Origin: Candidatus Neptunichlamydia sp.
Lineage (GTDB): Bacteria > Chlamydiota > Chlamydiia > Chlamydiales > Simkaniaceae
NCBI GenBank assembly: GCA_965233865.1
Contig: OZ247587.1
Location: forward strand, 352,001 to 416,000
Length of the DNA stretch: 64,000 nucleotides
Reading direction: 5' to 3'
Positions 43,021 to 52,566 of this stretch are shown here, piece after piece. A program made the position numbers and the translations under genes. Below the pieces are notes generated by a model. The model was not told where the DNA came from and ran no database searches. It saw only the letters and a list, made by a program, of their open reading frames with translations. The first letter of the stretch is position 1. Each line of letters starts with the position of its first letter.

Positions 43021-43623
43021 ATGACAGAAAACATAAGTTACAGATCGAGGGTCTACATTTGGGAAACGGTGGTAGGAGGTTCCGAAGATGAAAGTCTATT
43101 GCAAAGGCCATCATCTGTAGGTCATTCATCCTTAGGAATTTTCAAAAAAAATGAAGAGGGATCAGAAGTCAGTTCAGCTTATTTAAGCTTAAGGCCTAAA
43201 TATCCGGTCTCGGTCAATCCACTCACGGTATTGTTCCCTGTTCCTTCTCGTAATTTCACTTCACTAAAAGAAGACTTTACCCATGAGGGTCGACTTCCAG
43301 ACAGGACTTATGAAAAGCATTTAAATCCCAAACAATTTTCTCAGCTATCTGCAGAGATACAAAACCAACAAAATTCTTTTACTAAAAATAAGACTTGGTA
43401 TCAATTAATGCCAAAAATGAGTATTTTCAATCCTATAAGAGCTCTAACACATATAGAACTTCCAATCTCTTCTCACTGCGCACTTGCTGTAAGAACAGCA
43501 CTACTATCTACAGGTGTTCTTATCCCGCTCACACCTTTTCCTTGGAAAATAACCCCAAAAGAGTTAGGAAACTCTTTAGAATCAGTTGGTTTCCAAGAGA
43601 CCCCCTCCTCTAGTACACTCTAG
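43021..43623 (+). CDS. Hypothetical protein, permuted papain-like (His...Cys) candidate
   Basis: GHSSLGI...YLSLRP...SHCALAV; paralog of 42126-42812. Confidence 0.65.
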   Translation: MTENISYRSRVYIWETVVGGSEDESLLQRPSSVGHSSLGIFKKNEEGSEVSSAYLSLRPKYPVSVNPLTVLFPVPSRNFTSLKEDFTHEGRLPDRTYEKHLNPKQFSQLSAEIQNQQNSFTKNKTWYQLMPKMSIFNPIRALTHIELPISSHCALAVRTALLSTGVLIPLTPFPWKITPKELGNSLESVGFQETPSSSTL

Positions 43624-44122
43624 AACTCGAAGTATCCTTTGATGCCGCCGTAGGCCGCTGTATCGAAATGGAAGTAAGTGCTTTTGGCTCCATGTTGATT
43701 GCGGATTTGAACCCATCCCCCAAAGTTAGCACCTCCGAAGAGTCCTGCTGAAAAACGGCATGTATTGAGGTAGATTCTGAGGTCTATGCCGTTTACATGG
43801 ACAGAGACCATGGATTCTCGGTTATTTTCTCTTTTTCCAACGGGGTGAAAGGAACGGTACCAGCCCCCGAAGCTGCGATAGCTGAGAGCTGAAGACCAGT
43901 GCTCTGCTAAGAAGTAGTGAAGAGAGAAGTCAAAAGAGAACACAGCGTTAACTTTCTATTATTTATGAAAATGCCAATCAAGTCCCAAAATGGAGAATAG
44001 GTAAGTGCTTTTGACTCCCGTTTGCCCGATAACTTCACTATGGATTCCCAGTGGTTTACTATAGGCAAGTCGCCCCCAAATCATCCCTGTATAGAAGGCG
44101 TTGCTTTCCATATTAAAGTGAG

Positions 44123-44673
44123 TGAAGGCTCCCCGCAGCAGAGCTACGGGGCATCTGTCAGGTGGTTTTGCTTAGCTCCAAAAATCCAGTTGCTGATGTA
44201 ACCTTTTATAGTCTTTTTTTCCTTGGTTTTTGACGTAGTTTCCTATTTTCTCCTCGTCCCCATGCTTCCCCACGGTACTTATAAAATATCCATCACTCCA
44301 AAACTCCCCTCCCCAAAGTATCTTCTTTACTTCAGGCCTTCTCAAAAAAATCTCTTTTGCCGTGATGCTTTTTATTAGCTGAACAGTTTTTTTTGGGCTA
44401 TACATCGGAACTGATTGTATCAGAAAGTGAACATGGTCCTTATCAACACCGATCTCTAAAAAATTTATCTCATATCTCTTTGAAATTTCAAGGCATATGA
44501 CCTTAATTTCTTCATCAACACTCTTGTCAAATACCGCTTTCCTGTATTTGGCCGGACAAACTATGTGGTACATCAAAACTGAGACATTATGACTTTTATG
44601 AATATATTCACTCATGCCAAAAAACTATACTTGTTCAGCTTTTACGCAGCAAGCTGCGGGGAATCAAACCCAA
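44123..44673 (-). mobile_element. IS200/IS605-family element (tnpA only) with subterminal hairpins
   Basis: Hairpins CCCCGCAGC-AGA-GCTACGGGG (44131-44151) and CGCAGC-AA-GCTGCG (44645-44658); no tnpB; boundaries approximate. Confidence 0.88.
44172..44615 (-). CDS. tnpA: IS200/IS605 HUH (Y1) transposase
   Basis: YHIVCPAKYR, DHVHFL, FWSDGYF, YVKNQG. Confidence 0.95.
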   Translation of the reverse strand: MSEYIHKSHNVSVLMYHIVCPAKYRKAVFDKSVDEEIKVICLEISKRYEINFLEIGVDKDHVHFLIQSVPMYSPKKTVQLIKSITAKEIFLRRPEVKKILWGGEFWSDGYFISTVGKHGDEEKIGNYVKNQGKKDYKRLHQQLDFWS

Positions 44674-45112
44674 AGAGATTGATATTAGCATGAACGCCAA
44701 GGCTTACGATCCAGCGCCAGTCTTTAATTGCTGTTGTAATGTATCCGATGGAGTAAAACGGCATCGTTGAAATTTTTCTGGTTAAAGGAGGGGTTCTCAT
44801 CCCAGTTAAGGCGCATATAGCCATACCCAAACCCGAAAGACAGGGCGTGATTTTCAACGGGATAGGCGTTAATAAAAATGGCTACAGCCCCTTCGGTATA
44901 CCGAAGGTCAGATCCCTTAAAGCTCTGTTTGTTAATGTCGGCTCTAGTAACGGGTGCAAAACATCTATCGATATAGATTCGATCTTTCTTATGGATAAAG
45001 CAATAATCGGTCGTAAGCAAATAGTCTAGGGAATGCGCTAAAGCGGTGAGTATCAATAGTATTAGGAAAAGCAGAACTTTCTTCATCTTCCCTCCTAGCC
45101 TTCTTTTTGCCA

Positions 45113-46702
45113 TCAGTAGGGAAATAAATTCAACGATTCTCCACCTAACATGCGGAGAAGTTCCTTTTCTTTTTCAGAGGCTTTTAAGGAAGAGACTTCG
45201 GTGATAGTTCGACCATTATTCTCTTTTTTAGAGATTTGAAGATGGTGGTCTGCATAGCGCGCTACTTGGGGGAAGTGGGTGATTGCCAGGATTTGGGAGT
45301 TTTTTCCAAGCTCTTTCAGTTTTTCCCCGACAATAGAAGCTGTTTCTCCTCCGATATTCGCATCAATCTCATCAAAAATAAGCGTAGGAAGAGAACCTTT
45401 CTCTGCAAGGATGATTTTAAGGGCAAAAAGAAAGCGGGCAATTTCTCCACCGCTACTGCGGGTTGAAAGTGAGGCAGGTTCCTCTCCTGGGTTTGCAGCA
45501 AGGGAAAAGGAAATTTGATCTTTCCCTGTGGGTCCTATTTCCTTGGGATCTATGGAGATTAAAACCTTAGCATGGGGGAAGTTAAGGGATCGGAGCTGTG
45601 TTGTAAGCTTATTCTCTAGCTGCCTAGCAGTTTTTGTGCGCTGCTTGGTGAGAGATTCAGCAAGCTTCTCAGTGTTTAAAGTTAGAGTGTGAAATTCTTG
45701 TTTTACTTCCTCGATACTTTCATTGAGGTTTTCAAAGGTATCGATTTGAGTTTTGAGGGATTCAAGGTGGGGATTGATCTCATGGGACTCAACATGGTAT
45801 TTTCTTTTGAGCTGATTTAGAATGGAGAGACGGCTTTCAAGGGCTTGGAGTTTTTCAGGAGAGCATTCAAGAGACTCTAGTTGTTTTGAAACAAGGAATG
45901 AGGCTTCTTGCAAATGGACAACAGCGGCTTGAAGGTGCTCATAGAGGGAGGGGTCATCTATCAGCTTTTGGAATTGGGCGAGCGTAGGGATGAGACTTGG
46001 ATGGTCGAGTCCGCTGCGAACGGACGTTAGTTTTTCTGTGACTTCTTGAGAGTTTGCGAGGATTTTATACTCCTCAAAGAGGTTTTCTTCTTCGCCTTCC
46101 TGGTAATTAAAGGATTCCCATTCTTCAAGCTCCCACTTCAATTGTTTTAGACGGTCTCCTTGTTTCTCTGAATTGAGGGTAATAAGCTTCTTTTCAAGGG
46201 ATTGAAGAGACTGGTATAAGGAAGTGAAAGAGGAAAGGTTGATATCTCCATACAGGTCAAGTAGGGCGCGTTGCGTTTCGGTCTGGCGGATAGAGTCAGA
46301 GCTATTTTGGCTGATGAGATCTAATAGATGGGGGGCTAAACGGGAAAGAAGAGATAGGGGAGCCATCTGAGAATTGATAAAGATGCGATTCTTTGCCGTC
46401 CTTGAGATTTCTCGCTTAAGGATAAGAAGCTCATGAGGGGAAAAGTCGATCCCACTTTCCTGAAGGATTGCCTGGACTTTAGGAAGATTTTGAATATCGA
46501 AGGTTGCTTCAATGACTGCTTTTTCTGCTCCTTTGCGAATGAGATCCGTGCTTACTTTGCGCCCAGAAAGAAGGTGTATAGCTTGAACTAAAAGAGTTTT
46601 GCCTGCGCCGGTTTCTCCGGTTAGAACATGAAAGCCTCGATCGAAGGTGATCGTCGCTGAATCAATGAGAACGAAAAAAGAAAGTGAGAGAGCATTTAAC
46701 AT
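45113..46702 (-). CDS. recN: DNA repair protein RecN
   Basis: LTGETGAGKT, SSGGEIAR, LIFDEIDANIGG, ITHFPQVA. Confidence 0.95.
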   Translation of the reverse strand: MLNALSLSFFVLIDSATITFDRGFHVLTGETGAGKTLLVQAIHLLSGRKVSTDLIRKGAEKAVIEATFDIQNLPKVQAILQESGIDFSPHELLILKREISRTAKNRIFINSQMAPLSLLSRLAPHLLDLISQNSSDSIRQTETQRALLDLYGDINLSSFTSLYQSLQSLEKKLITLNSEKQGDRLKQLKWELEEWESFNYQEGEEENLFEEYKILANSQEVTEKLTSVRSGLDHPSLIPTLAQFQKLIDDPSLYEHLQAAVVHLQEASFLVSKQLESLECSPEKLQALESRLSILNQLKRKYHVESHEINPHLESLKTQIDTFENLNESIEEVKQEFHTLTLNTEKLAESLTKQRTKTARQLENKLTTQLRSLNFPHAKVLISIDPKEIGPTGKDQISFSLAANPGEEPASLSTRSSGGEIARFLFALKIILAEKGSLPTLIFDEIDANIGGETASIVGEKLKELGKNSQILAITHFPQVARYADHHLQISKKENNGRTITEVSSLKASEKEKELLRMLGGESLNLFPY

Positions 46703-46735
46703 ACTCTCCCACTATAGTGTATTAGAGCTTTTTTC

Positions 46736-47167
46736 TTAAAGTGCTTGCCAGTGCTTTTGTTGTGCAGATTTTGCTGCGCGATCAAAATCGGTGTTTGTGG
46801 CTTCACTGAAACCATAAATTCCACCTACAATACTTCCAATCCAAGCGCAATAACCGACACCCATAGGTCCACTAAGAACGAGCCCGATGCCCATCCCAAT
46901 GAGCATCCCATCTATGGAGCAATGAGCTGTCATGCGGATGGTTGTAACCATATTGACGGCTTTATTCTTTAGGTACTGAGCTCGGCTCGCAAGATTAGAT
47001 GTGGCATCTGAAATTGTGCCCATTACAGATGATGAAACGTCAGAAATAGTCTCAACTTTACTTGAAAAGGTAGAAGTAACAGATTTTTTTGAACTAGTCA
47101 AAAAATGCATTGCAGACTCGCCATATGGCTTAAAAGTCTTTATTGCGCTATTTAAATAATACGACAT
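46736..47167 (-). CDS. Hypothetical protein with Ser/Thr-rich N-terminus and glycine-zipper hydrophobic hairpin
   Basis: RBS GGGGAG; GMLIGMGIGLVLSGPMGVGYCAWIGSIVGGIYG. Confidence 0.65.
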   Translation of the reverse strand: MSYYLNSAIKTFKPYGESAMHFLTSSKKSVTSTFSSKVETISDVSSSVMGTISDATSNLASRAQYLKNKAVNMVTTIRMTAHCSIDGMLIGMGIGLVLSGPMGVGYCAWIGSIVGGIYGFSEATNTDFDRAAKSAQQKHWQAL

Positions 47168-47397
47168 ATTCTCCCCTTGTTACTAGCGATATTAATAATA
47201 TCAATTAATTAAATTAATTACAAAATATAAAATAATTATAATTTATTTTTATTATAATTATAAATAAAATTTAACATTAACATTAACATGAATTTTGAGT
47301 TTGTTTTTGCTTAAATTCCCCCTCATTTTTAAGCCAAAAAGATGGGGAAGGAAGCGAAAGATTTCTTAACTAAGGGAAAAAGGGGAGCTCGAGGTGA

Positions 47398-47425
47398 TAT
47401 AGTGGTTTAAATTTAAACTACTATA
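47398..47425. repeat. 28-bp near-perfect palindrome with TATAG...CTATA ends
   Basis: TATAGTGGTTTAAA|TTTAAACTACTATA, one mismatch. Confidence 0.6.
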
Positions 47426-47699
47426 GTATAAGAGATGTTTGGGTATGTTCTAAGCAGCTCAGTACAGGGTATTTTTTAACAGACTCCAAATTTCTCATTA
47501 ATAATCAGTAGCTTAAAGTTCTTTAAGAATAGTCCAAATTTTTCAGAAATTGTCGCTTTAACGATTTTGTGCTACTTTTCCTCTTCGGTGTAAATGGTTT
47601 CCATATTGTGCTCAATTTAAAGATATAGAATGTTTTACGTATATCTTGATACGCACATTACCTGCAAGAAAAGTTAGTGCAGAGTCTTATAATCTTATC

Positions 47700-48065
47700 T
47701 TATTTCTTCTTCGATGGGCAGTTTGGATTTTTGCATGTGACAAAGTACTCCTCTCCACAGAAAGGGCAGTCGTTAAGTATCTTAATCCGTTCTGCATGGA
47801 CCCAACACCCACGGTCATCAGAACGTAGAAGGGGAATGTGAAGGTGTTCGTTACCATTGAGATTTAGAAAAAGCCCATCAGAAGTTGGGTAGATGTTGTC
47901 TGAGTTAAGATAGATTTTATCGTGATCATATTCCTGAACGCAATAGGTTTCATTGCTGATGATTTTATTGAGCATTTCTTCTGAAATGGGGTTAGCCATT
48001 ACTGCTTGAGATAAAGTCAAAAAAACTGTTACAATAAAGGCTAAAAAGTATGAGTGAGTATTCAT
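47700..48065 (-). CDS. Small exported protein with C-terminal 4-Cys tail (paralog of 14924-15223)
   Basis: RBS GAGGT before the ATG at 48065, signal peptide, core DKIYLNSDNIYPTSDGLFL, tail CPFCGEEYFVTCKNPNCP. Confidence 0.75.
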   Translation of the reverse strand: MNTHSYFLAFIVTVFLTLSQAVMANPISEEMLNKIISNETYCVQEYDHDKIYLNSDNIYPTSDGLFLNLNGNEHLHIPLLRSDDRGCWVHAERIKILNDCPFCGEEYFVTCKNPNCPSKKK

Positions 48066-48080
48066 AAGCACCTCGCAAAC

Positions 48081-48941
48081 ATGAAAAATATAAAAAAGAG
48101 ACCTCCATTAAAATTTTTAATTGCTTTGATGTCAATATTAATGTTCTGTGCATGTTCCAAAGTAGAGCATAAAAATGAATTGCCAATTGAAGAAAAGATC
48201 TGGATGAGCAGATTCTTTGAGCATCTTTTATTAGATAATCATGGGATTTATACTCTATGGGGATCAAAACCTATGGTGAGGTTTGAGATGTGCCTTTATA
48301 CAGATGAGGAGCTGAGTAAACTACAGGACGAAGTCGAAGAAAACGCGAATGTTGAAAGAGTAGTTATTGAAAACTATGACTTTCCTGAGAACTGGTTAAA
48401 ATGGGAAAAGGTGCGCCATCAATATGGAATCAGTCAATTTCTTCTTTTTAAAAAGGACAACCCATACGACCCTAAGTTACCATTAATTTTCTTCGTCAAT
48501 ATTTTCGAGACAGCTTTGATCATTCAAGAAAACTACTCATTGTTTAGGAAGTATATTGGTGAAGATTTTGACAGCCTCGAAATGGTCTTTGATCTACAGA
48601 AAGATTCTTCTGAATTTTGGGATATCGTATTTGAAAGATCAGAATTAGTGGGAATTTTGTATGGTTTCGGTCTCAAAAACACTCTTTGCTTCAATTGGAA
48701 ACATAGAGAAAATCAATCTAATATTCAAGACTTTGCACATTCTCTCAGTTTTGAATTTTCTAACAAAATAAGAAATTATGGAAGTGCGACAATGAACACA
48801 GTTTCTTTGCCAACTTTTGCTGAATTTGATGCAGATGGATCGATGATCCATAGATATGAAGCTGAGAGAGAAAAAATCCAAAAAATCTATAAAAACCAAG
48901 ACTTCGTTGATTGCACAATTGATAGGTTAACAGGAAATTAG
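48081..48941 (+). CDS. Probable lipoprotein, YTLxGxKPM / GxLYGFGxxN family (paralog of 13898-14875)
   Basis: Basic N-terminus + hydrophobic stretch ending FCAC; YTLWGSKPM, VGILYGFGLKN, KIQKIY; start uncertain. Confidence 0.8.
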   Translation: MKNIKKRPPLKFLIALMSILMFCACSKVEHKNELPIEEKIWMSRFFEHLLLDNHGIYTLWGSKPMVRFEMCLYTDEELSKLQDEVEENANVERVVIENYDFPENWLKWEKVRHQYGISQFLLFKKDNPYDPKLPLIFFVNIFETALIIQENYSLFRKYIGEDFDSLEMVFDLQKDSSEFWDIVFERSELVGILYGFGLKNTLCFNWKHRENQSNIQDFAHSLSFEFSNKIRNYGSATMNTVSLPTFAEFDADGSMIHRYEAEREKIQKIYKNQDFVDCTIDRLTGN

Positions 48942-49033
48942 GCCAGTGGGCCTATTTGAACAGAGAGGCACTGTTTCAAATAAGGATCAAACTTGAGAAA
49001 CCGAAAGAATCTTTTTTTTGTCTTGCACTGAGT

Positions 49034-49930
49034 CTAGGCAGTTAAAAAGTCTTGGGTGGTCTTGAAGTGAAGTTTAGCAACCTGATGGAGGGCTTGTTCT
49101 CCATGGACTCTAACAAACTTTTGGCCTGCCTTGACGACAAGGGCAGAGGCTCCTTTGGGAAGTTCGAGCTCGAATTCTTTTGATAGGCAGTCGATCCCTT
49201 GGACAAAAGCTGCGCGCGCTAGAATCGAGGCTCCAGCAACGACAATGTCCTCCTCCCCCCGGTGGCGCTGGGTAAGATCGACTTTTAAAGCTTTTTTCTT
49301 TAGGGCATTTTCGACAACATGTTCGCTAGCAAACTGGTCAATAATCACTTCGGTGCACTGGGATTTTTCCACCAGCTCTTCTATAGCTGTGGCATGTCCC
49401 CAGGCAAGGAGATGATTTAGATTTCTAAACTGATTGTAGAGCTCGTTATAGCGTTTAGGGAAGATTTTGATTAGGGAATAGTCACATTCTTTCTTAATTT
49501 TCTCAGCAATTTTAATGATCTTTGGATCGGAGAGGCGCTTGCTGTCACGAATTCCCATTTGAATAAGGGATGTAATTTGATTGCTATCTGCGTAAAGCGC
49601 AGCGACACACAGGGGGCCAAAGACATCTCCTTTCCCGGCTTCATCTACGCCGATACGGGAGAGGGTGTTCATTGTTGTTTCAGGGTAGGAATAGGAGAGA
49701 TTGCCAAGGATTTCGGGTTCAAGGTAAAAGGAAATAAAGTCATCCTTTCCTTTTCCCTGGACCATGAGCTTTCCTGACTGATACAGAGTGCACGAAACTC
49801 CTTGCTTTTTCGCCTGAAATACCGTGTAGGTAGGCTCTGAGAGCTCGAATCCTTGATCGATTAGATCTTGCTTCATTTTGGGAGCGAAGGAAGTATCGAT
49901 CTCTGTTACAAAACTTGCTGACTTTGCCAT
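49034..49930 (-). CDS. rnhC: Ribonuclease HIII
   Basis: N-terminal TBP-like domain (LYQSGKLMVQGK), IGVDEAGKGDVFGPL, IRDSK, VAGASILAR, AKLHFKT. Confidence 0.95.
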   Translation of the reverse strand: MAKSASFVTEIDTSFAPKMKQDLIDQGFELSEPTYTVFQAKKQGVSCTLYQSGKLMVQGKGKDDFISFYLEPEILGNLSYSYPETTMNTLSRIGVDEAGKGDVFGPLCVAALYADSNQITSLIQMGIRDSKRLSDPKIIKIAEKIKKECDYSLIKIFPKRYNELYNQFRNLNHLLAWGHATAIEELVEKSQCTEVIIDQFASEHVVENALKKKALKVDLTQRHRGEEDIVVAGASILARAAFVQGIDCLSKEFELELPKGASALVVKAGQKFVRVHGEQALHQVAKLHFKTTQDFLTA

Positions 49931-49997
49931 ATTGGGAATTTTACCAAATCCTTTAATTAAAATCACCTATCGGGTAAATTGATAAAAAAATAAAAGT

Positions 49998-50411
49998 GTG
50001 TCTATGAAAGATAAAATGAAGAAGTTTGGTGAGCTCTTTAAATCGAAGCGGAAAGAGCTCAATTTATCGTTGAAAGAAGTGGAAAATGCCACCTCAATTC
50101 GAATCAATCATTTGGAATCGATTGAAGAAGGAAAGGATGAGGATTTCCTTTCTCCTGTATACATGCTGGGATTTATGCGCCAATATGCGACATTTTTAGG
50201 ACTCGATGGAGATAAGCTCCTTGAGGAGAATCCAGAAGCTGTAAAGCTTACTCAGAATAAACAAGATTTTGCATATGGAATCGGGACTCTAGAAGTTCGA
50301 GGAAGTATGGGTGGAGGGGTGAAATGGCTTCCCAATTTAATTTGGGCATCGGTGACTGTTGTGGTCATTGTTGGTGCTTATTATTTAGCTAAATACTTAG
50401 GTGTGATTTAA
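49998..50411 (+). CDS. RodZ-like HTH protein with C-terminal transmembrane helix
   Basis: FKSKRKELNLSLKEVENATSIRINHLESIEEG, YMLGFMRQYATFLGLD, C-terminal TM. Confidence 0.85.
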   Translation: MSMKDKMKKFGELFKSKRKELNLSLKEVENATSIRINHLESIEEGKDEDFLSPVYMLGFMRQYATFLGLDGDKLLEENPEAVKLTQNKQDFAYGIGTLEVRGSMGGGVKWLPNLIWASVTVVVIVGAYYLAKYLGVI

Positions 50412-50425
50412 CTTAAGAAAGGTTT

Positions 50426-52459
50426 ATGTCGACTGAACCCTATAAAAACCGCTTGATCAAAGAGAAATCTCCATACCTTCTTCAACATGCGCATAACCCT
50501 GTTGATTGGTATCCCTGGGGTCCTGAGGCTTTTGAAAAAGCAAGGGTGGAGGATAAGCCGATTTTTCTTTCTATCGGGTATGCGACCTGCCACTGGTGCC
50601 ACGTCATGAGTCGAGAATCTTTTGAGAATCTTGGGGTTGCCTCAAGGATGAATGAAGTTTTCATCAATATCAAAGTTGATCGAGAAGAGCTTCCTGAAAT
50701 TGATAGCCTTTACATGGAATTTGCTCAGGCATTAATGGCATCGGGAACAGGCTGGCCTCTTAACGTCATATTAACTCCAGATCTCAAACCTTTTTATGCT
50801 GCGACTTATCTTTCACCTGAAGAAAGGCAAGGAACGATGGGCCTTAAACAGCTCACAGAACACATCCAAAAACTCTGGGAGAGTGAAGAAAAAGAACTCC
50901 TCTTTGATCAGGCCAATAAGCTAGTAGATCTATTTGAGAAATCGGTGATGACGCGTGGAGATGAGCTACCTACCGATAGTGTTGTTAATGAGGCGGTTCA
51001 AGTGCTTTTTGACTCTGCTGACCCTATCTATGGGGGGCAGAAAGGGGCTCCGAAGTTTCCTGTTGGCTATCAATGTCAGTTTTTTCTGGCCTATGCAAAA
51101 CTTTACGAAGATGCCCGCCCTCTCTTTTTTGTAGAAAAGACCTTATCAAAGATCTACCAGGGGGGGATTTATGACCATGTCGGCGGCGGTTTTTCTAGAT
51201 ATAGTGTCGACGAGAAATGGCTTGTTCCTCACTTTGAAAAAATGCTTTACGATAATGCTCTTCTTGCGGCGGCTTATCTGGATGCATGGCGTTACACGAA
51301 GGATAAGCAGCATAAAAAGGTTTGCAATGAGGTCCTTGAGTATGTCCTTCGAGATATGAGGCATCCCGATGGGGCTTTTTATTCTGCTGAAGATGCGGAT
51401 ACTGATGGTGTTGAGGGAGTCTTTTATTTATGGACAAAAAAAGAAATTGAGGCTTTGCTTTCCGTTGACGATGCTTCTCTTTTCTGTGAGTATTTCGATG
51501 TCACTGAAATAGGGAGTTTTGAGGAGAAAAATATTCTTCACCGTCCCCTTTCTATTGAGGAGTTTTGTGATTATCGGGGATTTAATCAAATAGATGTTGA
51601 AGAGTCGCTAGAAAATTCTCTCAAACTCCTCAAAAAGGAGCGTAGCAAGCGAAAGCATCCCTTTAAGGACGATAAGATTTTGGTCTCGTGGAATGCTCTA
51701 ATGATAGATACTCTTGTGAAAGCAGGGATGGCCTTTGAAAATGAAACATATGTGACTGCGGGGATTGAAGCAGTGACGTTTATTAAAAAGCACCTCTGGA
51801 AAAGAGGTAAACTCTTAAGGCGGTTTCGTGAGGGAGAAGCCGGTTATGAAGGGGGGCTTGATGATTATGCTTCACTGATTCGAGCATTGATTACTCTATA
51901 TGAATCCGGCCAGGGAGAAGAGTACCTTGATTGGGCTCTTGAAATGACGACCCATCTAGAATGTGATTATAAAGCTGATAATGGGGCATTTTATCTCACA
52001 GGGCCTGATCATTCGATCCTTCTCAGGAGATGCGAACTTTATGACAGCTCTCAGCCTTCTGGAAATGCTCTCCATGCTGAGAATCTCCTCCGCTTGTATC
52101 AAATCACGCATAATCGAGATTATTGGATTCAAGCCGAAGATATCTTGAAAGTTGCTAAAGGCTTTATTGAAGCCTACCCGCAAGGCTCGTCGTATCATCT
52201 TATCAATTTACTGAGGTATTTGGACAAGGAACTGCCAATCTTGGTTGTGGCCCTGGATTCAAAAATGACTTACCAAAAAGAGATCCGAAAGTTTGTCTAT
52301 TCAAATCTTATTCCCCATCTTACGTTGTGTTTCAAAAAAAAATCAAAAACGTACCCATTAGTTGACGGAAGAACAACCTTTTATTTGTGCATGCAAGGAA
52401 AATGTCAATCTCCAGTTACCGATTTTTCAACAATAGAGAATTTCATAGACAGACTCTAA
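50426..52459 (+). CDS. Thioredoxin-domain protein YyaL/SSP411 (DUF255) family
   Basis: [49 protein letters not shown]. Confidence 0.93.
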   Translation: MSTEPYKNRLIKEKSPYLLQHAHNPVDWYPWGPEAFEKARVEDKPIFLSIGYATCHWCHVMSRESFENLGVASRMNEVFINIKVDREELPEIDSLYMEFAQALMASGTGWPLNVILTPDLKPFYAATYLSPEERQGTMGLKQLTEHIQKLWESEEKELLFDQANKLVDLFEKSVMTRGDELPTDSVVNEAVQVLFDSADPIYGGQKGAPKFPVGYQCQFFLAYAKLYEDARPLFFVEKTLSKIYQGGIYDHVGGGFSRYSVDEKWLVPHFEKMLYDNALLAAAYLDAWRYTKDKQHKKVCNEVLEYVLRDMRHPDGAFYSAEDADTDGVEGVFYLWTKKEIEALLSVDDASLFCEYFDVTEIGSFEEKNILHRPLSIEEFCDYRGFNQIDVEESLENSLKLLKKERSKRKHPFKDDKILVSWNALMIDTLVKAGMAFENETYVTAGIEAVTFIKKHLWKRGKLLRRFREGEAGYEGGLDDYASLIRALITLYESGQGEEYLDWALEMTTHLECDYKADNGAFYLTGPDHSILLRRCELYDSSQPSGNALHAENLLRLYQITHNRDYWIQAEDILKVAKGFIEAYPQGSSYHLINLLRYLDKELPILVVALDSKMTYQKEIRKFVYSNLIPHLTLCFKKKSKTYPLVDGRTTFYLCMQGKCQSPVTDFSTIENFIDRL

Positions 52460-52566
52460 TCTTCATGCTATATATTAGTCTTAAAATTGTATGTTTTTTT
52501 GCTGAATTTCCGTACGGCAGAAGTGTGCGAAATGTAAGATGCTGGAATTGAATTAAGGATTAACGA

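Larger units (their letters stand above)
43620..45086 (-). pseudogene. Probable outer-membrane beta-barrel protein, interrupted by IS200/605 and further decayed
   Basis: Signal peptide MKKVLLFLILL, alternating aromatic strands, C-terminal YFEF; frameshift near 44750, IS insertion, and TAA-TAG near 43960. Confidence 0.7.

Noticed and set aside
44172..44673. TnpB/omegaRNA RNA-guided system at the IS200/605 element
   Set aside because: The element is only ~550 bp with tnpA between its two hairpins; no tnpB or iscB ORF.
42813..47300. AT-rich short repeats as CRISPR array or leader
   Set aside because: No repeat-spacer periodicity and no cas genes anywhere in the window.
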